Shown: positions 1 to 8,444 of the stretch, in pieces
Position numbering within the stretch: position 1 is the stretch's first letter
Layout: each line of letters opens with the position of its first letter
Assembly (NCBI RefSeq): GCF_006345805.1
Contig: NW_021825820.1
Coordinates: 1 to 14,462 of the forward strand
Reading direction: 5' to 3'
Length of the DNA stretch: 14,462 nt
From: Octopus sinensis
Taxonomy: Eukaryota
Made by a program: the position numbers and the translations under genes
Notes under the pieces: model-generated
Database searches by the model: none
Seen by the model: only the letters and a program-made list of their open reading frames with translations
Told to the model about the DNA's origin: nothing

Positions 1-136
1 TCACATGCGGTTATATATATATATACAATAATTATTATTTGAGGGAATAAAATCCAAACTTACAAGGAAAAAGAATTCAATTTAGAAATACTAAATCAAA
101 TTCCACACAATATAATATATATATATATAATATATT

Positions 137-551
137 ACTCTTTCTCTTTTACTCTTTTACTTGTTTCAGTCATTTGACTGCGGTCATGCTGGAGCACCGC
201 CTTTAGTCGAGCAACTCGACCCCGGAACTTATTCTTTGTAAGCCCAGTACTTATTCTATCGGTCTTTTTTGCCGAACCGCTAAGTGACGGGGACGTAAAC
301 ACACCAGCATCGGTTGTCAAGCAATGCTAGGGGGACAAACACAGACACACAAACACAGACACACATATATATATATATACATATATACGACGGGCTTCTT
401 TCAGTTTCCGTCTGCCAAATCCACCCACAAGGCTTTGGTCGGCCCGAGGCTATAGCAGAAGACACTTGCCCAAGATGCCACGCAGTGGGACTGAACCCGG
501 AACAATGTGGTTGGTAAGCAAGCCACTTACCACACAGCCACTCCTGCGCCT
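137..551 (-). mobile_element. tRNA-derived SINE, type A (CORE-like), full length, in (TA)n
   Basis: Minus strand: A-box-like TGGCTGTGTGGTAA (540-527), B-box-like GGGTTCAGTCCC (498-487), CORE-like TCTTGGGCAAGTGTCTT, internal (CA/TA)n, tail of AAGAGTA-type repeats. Closely similar copy at 7765-8231. Confidence 0.9.
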
Positions 552-706
552 ATATATATATTTTTGTAATATTATTTTTGTAATTTACTTAATCTTTACT
601 TTTATTGTTATTTTAATTTTAAATTTTCTATTATATGTAATTTTCTAGATGGTGTAATTTAATTATTCATTTTGAATTGATTAAAGGTGGGTTTTTTCTA
701 ATATTT

Positions 707-737
<31 letters not shown>

Positions 738-740
<3 letters not shown>

Positions 741-992
741 GGTCCCGGGTTGAGTCGGGGTTGACCACAGTAAATAAGGTACTCAATACATAGCAGAGTA
801 AATTAATTTATTTTATAGAAGGAGCTTCTACAGGACTAGAACTGTTTCATTCAGTGCCCTGCTTACCCAAAAAACGTACCCCCCATTAAATCTGCCTAAA
901 TGTATAAATACCAGACCTTATTTTGACAGCCAGCTTCCTGAAGATTTCATCTGAATGAAACAGTTCTAGTCCTGTAGAAGCTCCTTCTATAA
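738..992. mobile_element. Penelope-like pLTR fragment with inverted partial duplicate
   Basis: Plus piece 855-992 has TATAAATA then an HHR; minus piece 854-738 repeats the HHR 3' half and continues through AATAAA. Perfect 42-bp inverted repeat 813-854/951-992. PLE assignment is inference from HHR plus inverted-end geometry. Confidence 0.65.
932..982 (+). ncRNA. Type I hammerhead ribozyme motif
   Basis: Stem I AGCTTC(932-937)/GAAGCT(977-982); CTGAAGA(938-944); weak stem II 945-956; GAAAC(957-961); stem III ACAG/CTGT with 8-nt loop; GTA triplet 974-976. Confidence 0.8.
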
Positions 993-1018
993 TATATATA
1001 TATACGTAAGAAGTGTTT

Positions 1019-1041
1019 GACGTTTCGAACCTATGTTCTTC
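1019..1041 (-). ncRNA. Degenerate hammerhead remnant (stem II + GAAAC-GTC)
   Basis: Minus reads GA-A-GAAC-ATAG-GTTC-GAAAC-GTC; CTGANGA core and stem I not recognisable. Confidence 0.45.
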
Positions 1042-1884
1042 TAAATTAAGGAATGAGTGGAGAAAACAGGTGAAGAGAGGAAAAAATGGAGAGAAAAAAT
1101 GCATACACACCCATGCAGACACAAACACTCACACACACACACATATTCGCTGAAATGTATAACACTTACTCTCTTGGTCACAATATTAACGGAGAGTATA
1201 CTGTCATTTCGTGTGTGTTTGCGTGTGTGTGTGCTTGCATGTATGTGTGTGTGTGTGTGTTTGTTTTGTGTGAATGTGTGTTGTATTTGTAAGGTAGATA
1301 AGTGTTACAGATGTCGGGCGACAAAATAACGTAAAAATGTTGACAGTTGTATTGGAAAAATATAAATTTCGACATGGCGATAAATATAAAATACACGCAA
1401 AAAATATAGCGAGGAAAAAAAGCGAAGAAAAAAATCCCTTTAGATCTTTTGGTGATAATGGCAGGAAAATCTGATGTGAGACCAGAAATCTTCTATTTTA
1501 TAGAAGTAGAAGTAGGTGGAATCAGTTAAAAAATTTTATTGACGCATAAATGTGGAAATTCTTCGTTTTCAATGCTATATCCGTGAAACCTAATATGGAG
1601 CGCTTTAAGAGACGTAACCGTATTAAGCTGAACGGATTAAGTCGTTGAATTTAAATATGGAATTGTAAATGGAAGAATAAAATAAATGGATGAAGAAGTA
1701 GAAGAGATGTGGGATAGAATTTGAAAGACTTCGAAAATAGATCAGAAATGCGAAAAAAGAAATGAAAGGGGGGAAAAACTACACAATGCCTAGAAACCAG
1801 AAGAATGATGATGAAGACATAGAACGACTAAAGATGGAAGTTATAACAAAAAAAGAAAAGAAAAAATTGAAAGGCACCAGAAAT

Positions 1885-2052
1885 GGTCATGTGATTATGA
1901 GCATGTTTTACAACTGCATGTTTGTGGGTTCAATCCCACTGCGCGGCACCATGGGAAATTTGGGCAAATGTCTTCTAGAAAACTCTATAGGAAACCAATG
2001 CCTTGTGAGTAAATGTAGTAGATGGAAACTGCATGGAAGCCCGTTACATATA
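1885..2052 (+). mobile_element. Diverged SINE type A 5' half
   Basis: GGGTTCAATCCCACTGCGCGGCACC...TTGGGCAAATGTCTTCTA...GGAAACTG...AAGCCCGT aligns to the head/core of 137-551. Confidence 0.8.
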
Positions 2053-2066
2053 TTCTATCTTGTATC

Positions 2067-2265
2067 CTTTAATTGTTTCGGGTATCACATTGCGGCCATG
2101 CTGGGATACCACCTTGAAGAATTATTAGTCGAAAGAATCGACTCCAGGGCTTATCTTTTAAAACCTGGCATTCATTCTAGCAGTCTCTCTTGCCGAAACG
2201 CTATTTTACAGGGACGTAAACACACCAATACCAGCTGTCAAGTGATGGTGGTGGCACAAAGACAC
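2067..2265 (-). mobile_element. Diverged SINE type A 3' half
   Basis: GCGGCCATGCTGG...TTAGTCGA...TTGCCGAA...GACGTAAACACACC matches 160-340. Confidence 0.75.
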
Positions 2266-2637
2266 ACGCAGGAGGATGCCCTAACAGTAGCTAGAAGCAA
2301 GACACTGAGACAGAGCTGAAAGACATCCCAAAGTCGAGAACAATGGGAAAAGGTCACCGATGGCGAATGCTAAAAAGGCAGAGTCGATATTTAGACTCAA
2401 AATGAAACTGGATGATTTAAAATGAGTAATCTTTTATTATCCCTTGTATAAATGGCCACAATGCAGTTCCAAGCGCTGTTGATTTTTTTCACATTTGCAC
2501 CAGTCTTTTTTAGCCATATTTGTAGTTGGGCGCTGACACTTCCGACTGCACCATTTCCAATTGGTATCTCGCCTACCCAAAACCTTTGTATTATAATTAT
2601 AATTATTTTTATTGTTATTATTAAGGTAGCAGAATTG

Positions 2638-3390
2638 TAAGCTGGCAGAAACGCAAGCGCGCTGGACGAAATGCTTAGCGGTATTTTGCCCGTCGCTACG
2701 TTTTGGGTTCAAATTCCGAGGAGGTCGACTTTGCCTTTCATCCTTTCGGGGTCGATAAATTAAGTGCCAGTTACGCTCTGGTGTCGATATAATCGACTTA
2801 ATCCGTTTGTCTGTCCCTGTTTGCCTCCTCTGTGTTTATCCCTTTGTGGGTAGTAAAGAAATAGGTATTTTGCCCGTCGCTACGTTCTGAGTTCAAATTC
2901 CGAAGAGGTTGACTTTGCCTTTCATCCTTTCGGGGTCGATTAAATAAGTACCAGTTACGAAATGGGGTCGATATAATCGACTTAATCCGTTTGTCTGTCC
3001 TTGTTTGTCCTCTCTGTTAGTAGCTCCCTGTGGGTAGTAGAGAAATAGAAATAGGTATTTTGTCCGTCGCTACGTTCTGAGTTCAAATTCCGCCGCGGTC
3101 AACTTTGCCTTTCATCCTTTCGGGGTCCATAAATTAAGTACCAGTTACGCTCTTGGGTCGATATAATCGACTTAATCTGTTTGTCTGTCCTTGTTTGTCC
3201 TCTCTGTGTTTAGCCCCTTGTGGGTAGTAAAGAAATAGGTATTTTGTCTGTCACTACGTTCTGAGTTCAAATTCCGACTTTACTTTTCATCTTTTCGGGG
3301 TCAATTAAATAAGTACCAGTTACACACTGGGGTCGATGTAATCGACTCATCCCCACCTCATGCAAGCTGCCCTTGTGGCAAAAAATTGAA
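2638..3390 (+). mobile_element. tRNA-derived SINE type B, tetramer of a ~184-bp unit
   Basis: Head AGCTGGCAGAAACG then units starting at GGTATTT 2680, 2864, 3054, 3238, each with B-box-like GTTCAAATTCC and (most) GCCTTTCATCCTTTCGGGGTCGAT (Meta-domain-like from memory); ends CCTTGTGGCAAAAAATTGAA + (AAT)n. Confidence 0.88.
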
Positions 3391-3392
3391 GT

Positions 3393-3420
3393 AATAACAA
3401 TAATAATAATAATAATAATG

Positions 3421-3459
<39 letters not shown>

Positions 3460-3480
3460 GTAATTATTATTACTATTAAT
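3393..3480. repeat. (AAT)n microsatellite
   Basis: Direct reading; tail of the type B SINE. Confidence 0.95.
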
Positions 3481-3483
3481 AAA

Positions 3484-3656
3484 GGTTATGTGACTATGAT
3501 CATGTTTTACAACTGCATGTTTGTGGGTTCAATCCCACCGCGCGGCACCATGGGAAACTTGGGCAAATGTCTTCTACAAAAACCTGTGGCAAACCGATCG
3601 ATGCCTTTTGAGTAAAATGTAGTAGATGGAAACTGCGTGGAAGCCCGTTACATATT
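3484..3656 (+). mobile_element. Diverged SINE type A 5' half, near-duplicate of 1885-2052
   Basis: Shares CATGTTTTACAACTGCATGTTTGTGGGTTCAATCCC and GCACCATGGGAAAYTTGGGCAA with 1885-2052. Confidence 0.8.
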
Positions 3657-3671
3657 ATCTAGAAGCAAGAT

Positions 3672-3705
3672 AATATTATTATTATTAATAATAATAATAA
3701 TAGTA

Positions 3706-3764
<59 letters not shown>

Positions 3765-3767
3765 CGT

Positions 3768-3800
<33 letters not shown>

Positions 3801-3830
3801 AGTAGTAGTAGTAGTGGTAGTAGGAGGAGG
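3672..3830. repeat. Compound (AAT)/(TAT)/(TAG)/(GGA) microsatellite
   Basis: Direct reading. Confidence 0.95.
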
Positions 3831-4173
3831 AGGAAAAAAACGAAGAAGCGGTTTTAACAGCTGTGACAGTGATTTTCGGCGGGATAACGAGTACAGGAAG
3901 TCAGCAATAAAGACTTGTGGGAAATTATAATTACAACATCATTTTAAAAATCTAGCTTCGACCAAGACATTCGGATTTGTGACGAATGGAGAAATATTCG
4001 TTTTATATAACAGCTTCCGCCACAAGCAGAGACATTATTCCCGCCATCGTCAGCACCGAAGAGAATTACGACATTTATTTTGTATATTTCCGGTTTTCAT
4101 AAAGGAAGTAATAAATACTCTCGTCTTTCCGAATTTAGGACCCACATATAAAATAGAATTATATGTCTTTCTA

Positions 4174-4625
4174 TACACACACGCACACACACACACACAC
4201 ATACACGCGCGCACACACGCACACACACACTCACACGTACACACACATACACTCATACACACACACGCACACACACATACACACACATACACTCACACGC
4301 ACGTACACTCACACACTCACACACACACACGCACACATATACACACGCACATACGCACATACACACACACACACGCATACACACTCATACACACACACGC
4401 ACACACACATACACACACATACACACACACGCACATACACTCACACACATACACGCACATACACTCACACACATACACTCATACACATACACACACATAC
4501 AAACACATACACACACACACTCACACTCACACATACACACTCACACACACACACGTATATCTGTGTGCTTGTGCGTGTCTCTATTCATGTACATGTATGT
4601 ATGTGTGTAGGTATGTATGTATGTG
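4174..4625. repeat. Degenerate (CA)n followed by (TG/TATG)n
   Basis: Direct reading; explains the His/Thr-rich ORFs. Confidence 0.95.
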
Positions 4626-5354
4626 CGGGTGAATCTTCGTGAGTTAAACGGGGGTTTATTTAATAGCTCTGGATTCATTAACTGACCGGTCGACTGCACA
4701 CGTCTGTGTTTGGACACAAAAGAATTAGAATTATTCTAGATAGTGTAAATCGTATTTATCATCATTTAATATCAGTTGGGAATTACGTTTCAAATTCCCG
4801 AGGGAGAATTTAGTCTTGTGTCGACAAACTGAAATAAGTTCGTTTTCTATTTTTTATTTAAACATTAACGTGATGGATGATGTGAAATTTCTCTTTAAGA
4901 TAAAATCACAGTACTTTAATTGTACCTTATTTAACATGGGATACTAACGGTATCTTCCATGTTTCTCTAGTTAAAATGTAGTTTCAAAACAGTGTATTGC
5001 TTTTTAGGTAACCACAAACCTCCGAAGAAGTGCCTTGTCTTCTGTCTATGGATCTGTTGATGGTGGACACGATATACATAATTCTACTAGACATTTGCTA
5101 TATTGTGGCAAAGCTCTATATTTTGTTAATTGCACATAGGCTTCCTTTGTTCTCGTTTGTGGATCCCATCGATACTAGTTCGGTTTCTGTTGCAGCTCTA
5201 ACTTCAATTAATGTTAAACAACTGGCGCGTCCAGGACATAGTTTTTCTTAATTTGAAGATTGATTAACTTAGGGTGAAAATCATTGTAAAACCAAACTTT
5301 TATTTACTAAAATAACTACTGATATCTCCTGGTAGACGGTAGAAAGAGTATCTA

Positions 5355-5905
5355 TTGGGTTGTCCGGAAAGGTCGATTTATAGTAGCTTACCTTTCGACT
5401 TATTTTAGAACATGGTTGAGTCCATAAAATAGGATTTTACTACACCTACATTTAGAGTACAGTTTAAGCTATCTTTTCGTGGAAGGTCTATCTTCCTATA
5501 ATCTGTGTTAATTCTGTTACCCTTTAAAATGGAAGATAAGAAAGTTCATTTTCGGCAATTTGGGAACCAGACAAAAATTGCTGCAGCTCGGCTGGGATGT
5601 GTTACCCCACCCTCCATATTCACCAGATATTGCCCCTTCGGATTTCCACTTATTGCGGTCTCTGCAGAATAGTCTTAATGGTAAAAATTTCAATTCCTTG
5701 GATGACGTAAAAAGATACCTTGATGAATTCTTTGCTATGAAACCACCTCAATTGTGGGAAGAGGGTATTTTCAAGTTAAAGGAAAGATGGAGACGCATTG
5801 TGCAACAAAATGGTTCATATTTGGTTGATTAAAAATATAACGGCAACTATTCATTGACCTTTTTCTTTCCTTTAAATATCGGCACGAACTTTCCGGACAA
5901 CCCAA
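5355..5905 (+). mobile_element. Internally deleted mariner (Tc1/mariner, mellifera-subfamily-like)
   Basis: TIRs TTGGGTTGTCCGGAAAG (from 5355) / CTTTCCGGACAACCCAA (to 5905); TA at 5353-54 and 5907-08; ~550 bp. Confidence 0.93.
5529..5832 (+). pseudogene. Mariner transposase remnant: N-terminal MEDKKVHFR joined out of frame to the C-terminal catalytic region
   Basis: ATG 5529 gives MEDKKVHFR; frame from 5560 gives TRQKLLQLGWDVLPHPPYSPDIAPSDFHLLRSLQNSLNGKNF...ERWRRIVQQNG* with the mariner YSPD(L/I)APSD motif. Confidence 0.92.
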
Positions 5906-6114
5906 ATACAAAGATACCTTTAAGAGATTGAAGAGCTCATTGTTTACAGAGATATTTATAAGAGAAAATTTTAAATAAGGTTTCAATTTACCAAAAGCTT
6001 CACCAGTATCTACTTGCAGACTTCAGAGGTACTAATTCACAAAGATATTTATGAGAGTAGGGGCACGTGGAAATTAGACTGTTTCTATTGTAATCATAAT
6101 CTACCACAAGGTCC

Positions 6115-6445
6115 AGTCCTTGTTGCCGTGTGGTGGCTTCTCTGTCTTATTGACCCTCAAACTATGCTTCTAGAGTACCAGCTCCTGGTAGAGCCTCCTG
6201 TCATGCTGGACAGCTAAAAGGATAGAGGGCAGTCTAATAGGGACAAGCTCTCCCCAGAGGTAAAACATGGGTTTGCGTAGGGCTAACACCCCTACCTAGA
6301 AAAAAAGCAAAGTTACAGAAGCATTGGTGACCATTCCGAACCAACAAACCTGAGAGAGGAATTGGCAACCCAGAGTCGAGCACGGTGGAGAAAAGCCATT
6401 GATAGCCTGAAGAGAGTGATGGGCTTAAATAATAAATTAGTTAAG
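6115..6445 (+). mobile_element. RTE-like LINE remnant, 5' UTR-like part joined to 3' end
   Basis: CTCCTGGTAG...CATGCTGGACAG...GGGCTAACACCCC (6280) resembles RTE 5' UTRs as recalled; ~6347-6430 translates NLREELATQSRARWRKAIDSLKRVMG, like RTE ORF C-termini (AQDRxxWR). Confidence 0.55.
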
Positions 6446-6657
6446 TATTTTCTGTTGTGTCTGGGGAGGGTCATTTTCTTTTTGTGTCTTATAATGTAAC
6501 ACACTCTGAGAGTCAATACTATTGAAAAGGTTGCAAGACACAACGAAAATTTTAGGAAAATAAAAATAAGAAACAAGTGGAAATTTTACCGGTGAGTGTG
6601 TTACATTATAAGGCACAAAAAGATAATGACTCTCCCCAGGCACAACAGAATATGCTT
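6443..6657. repeat. 64-bp imperfect inverted repeat, 87-bp spacer
   Basis: 6443-6506 vs reverse complement of 6594-6657: 58/64 by manual alignment. Confidence 0.9.
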
Positions 6658-6832
6658 CAACACACGAACTCTTATAAAGAATCTTGCAAACCAAATCCAA
6701 AAACGAAATAGTTAAGTAATGTTACAACATCCCGCTATAAATATGAAGTTACTTGCGAACAATATTATCAGATCAATATCTAAAAAAAAAATCAATATTT
6801 TAAAGGGTAATCATATAAGACACAATATTGGA

Positions 6833-6995
6833 TTCATTTTTGGTGTCCCAAGGCCAGTAATTTTGGGGGTAGGGTAAGTCAATTACATTGATGTCAGTGC
6901 TCGACTGGCATTTATTTCTCGACCCCGAATGGATGAAATGCAAAGTCAATCTCGGTGAAATTTGAACTCAGAATATAAAAACGGACGAAATGCCG
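6833..6995 (-). mobile_element. Old SINE type B copy
   Basis: CGACCCCGAATGGATGAAATGCAAAGTCAATCTCGGTGAAATTTGAACTCAGAA matches the type B body. Confidence 0.75.
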
Positions 6996-7090
6996 GACTA
7001 AATGTCCAGGTAAATAAATTTGAAAATAATGTTATCTACCATGAGATCACGTTTTGATAGAGAAATGTTGTGACGAAGACAACAGGAATA

Positions 7091-7190
7091 TTCTTTTCTA
7101 CTCTAGGCACAAGGCCCGAAAGTTTTGGGGGAGGGGCCAATCGATTAGATCGACTCCTGTAGGCAACTGGTACTTAATTTATCGATCCCG
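7091..7190 (-). mobile_element. 5'-truncated SINE type B 3' part
   Basis: GGCACAAGGCC...TCGATTAGATCGAC...AACTGGTACTTAATTTATCGA. Confidence 0.75.
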
Positions 7191-7221
7191 GCAGAACAGA
7201 AATATTAATTGATAACAATAG

Positions 7222-7378
7222 ATTATTTACATTATTTACATTATTTACATTTGACGGATATTTATCCTCATCTTGTTTGTTGTTAACACAACATTTCGGC
7301 TGATGTACCCTCCAGCCTTCATCAGGTGTCTTGGGGGAGATTTCGAACTTGGTTTCTCATTCCTAAGGTATTTTTCAA

Positions 7379-7463
<85 letters not shown>

Positions 7464-7529
7464 ACCACTGCCTGGAATCGATCTCAAAATATTGGGGTTA
7501 GTAGCCCGCGCTCTTAATCACTACGCCAT
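7222..7529 (-). mobile_element. tRNA-headed SINE type C with (AAT)n middle and hammerhead-containing tail
   Basis: Minus: A-box-like TGGCGTAGTGATT, B-box-like GAGATCGATTCC (7485-7474), (AAT)n 7460-7380, HHR 7330-7285, terminal (ATGTAAATA)x3. Confidence 0.8.
7285..7330 (-). ncRNA. Minimal type I hammerhead motif (C15.2 mutated in this copy)
   Basis: GACAC-CTGATGA-A-GGCTG-(10 nt)-CAGCC-GAAAT-GTT-GTGTT; stem I 5 bp with one G:U, stem II 5 bp. The inverted copy has GAAAC-GTT at 7547-7554. Confidence 0.75.
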
Positions 7530-7530
7530 A

Positions 7531-7613
7531 TGGAGGTATATCAGCCGAAACGTTGTGTTAACAACAAACAAGATGAGGACAGATATCCGTCGAATGTAAA
7601 TAATGTAAATAAT
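7531..7613 (+). mobile_element. Inverted 3' portion of SINE type C (HHR 3' half + tail)
   Basis: TGGAGGTATATCAGCCGAAACGTTGTGTT...ATGTAAATAATGTAAATAAT is the reverse complement of ~7231-7314 with few differences. Confidence 0.9.
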
Positions 7614-7764
7614 TGTTTTAATGTATAGAATTGTTTATAATTCGTTAATAACAGGCGCAGACGTTTAATTGGAAACAATCAATCGTCTGCTTAGTTAGTG
7701 TTAATTATTTAATTACTGAGATTCAGCTCATTATAGCAAGACCTGCAATGTCGGTCAGTTGTGT

Positions 7765-7969
7765 TACTCTTTTTTTTACTTGTTTCAGTCATTTGACTGT
7801 GGCCATGCTGGAGCAGCGCCTTTAGTCGAGCAAATCGACCTCAGGACTTATTCTTTGTAAGCCCAGTACTTATTCTATCAGTCTCTTTTGCCGAACCGCT
7901 AAGTTACGGGACGTAAACACACCAGCATCGGTTGTCAAGCGATGTTTGGGAGGACAAACACAGACACAC

Positions 7970-8026
<57 letters not shown>

Positions 8027-8228
8027 CACCAGGCCATTGCGCCTCCACATATATATATCCATATATACGACGGGCTTCTTTCAGTTTCCGTCTACCAAAT
8101 CCACTCACAAGGCTTTGGTCGGCCCGAGGCTATAGTAGAATACACTTGCCCAAGGTGCCACGCTGTGGGACTGAACCCGGAACCACGTGGCTGGTAAGCA
8201 AGCTACTTACCACACAGCAACTCCTACG

Positions 8229-8231
<3 letters not shown>
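7765..8231 (-). mobile_element. SINE type A, full length
   Basis: Colinear with 137-551. Confidence 0.9.
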
Positions 8232-8278
<47 letters not shown>

Positions 8279-8280
8279 TA

Positions 8281-8444
8281 CGACGGGCTTCTTTCAGTTT
8301 CCGTCTACCAGATCCACTCATAAGGCTTTGGTCGACCCGAGGCTATAGTAGAAGACACTTGCCCAAGGTGTCACGCAGTGGGACTGAACCCGGAACAATG
8401 TGGCTGGTAAGCAAGCTACTTACCACACAGCCACTCCTACGCCT
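8281..8444 (-). mobile_element. Extra SINE type A head+core in tandem
   Basis: Repeats 8068-8231 at period 213, separated by (TA)n. Confidence 0.88.

Noticed and set aside
1762-2319. 185-aa ORF
   Set aside because: Runs through two oppositely oriented SINE fragments; no recognisable domain.
2290-2370. Second RTE C-terminal remnant (QSREQWEKV)
   Set aside because: Only a short motif with an in-frame stop; too weak to call.
2638-3390. CRISPR-like array (also considered for 10471-10641)
   Set aside because: No unique spacers, eukaryotic context, no cas genes.
3979-4642. His/Thr-rich ORFs
   Set aside because: Translation of a (CA)n tract.
5008-5251. Low-repeat stretch with acceptor-like TTTTTAG and short ORFs
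   Set aside because: No donor-bounded open frame and no recognisable protein.
6504-6535. Hammerhead core in the spacer (CTGAGAG...ATTGAAA)
   Set aside because: Does not match CTGANGA and no GAAAC/NUH with stems.
7461-7529. Functional tRNA gene
   Set aside because: No acceptor-stem pairing and degraded B-box; it is a SINE head.
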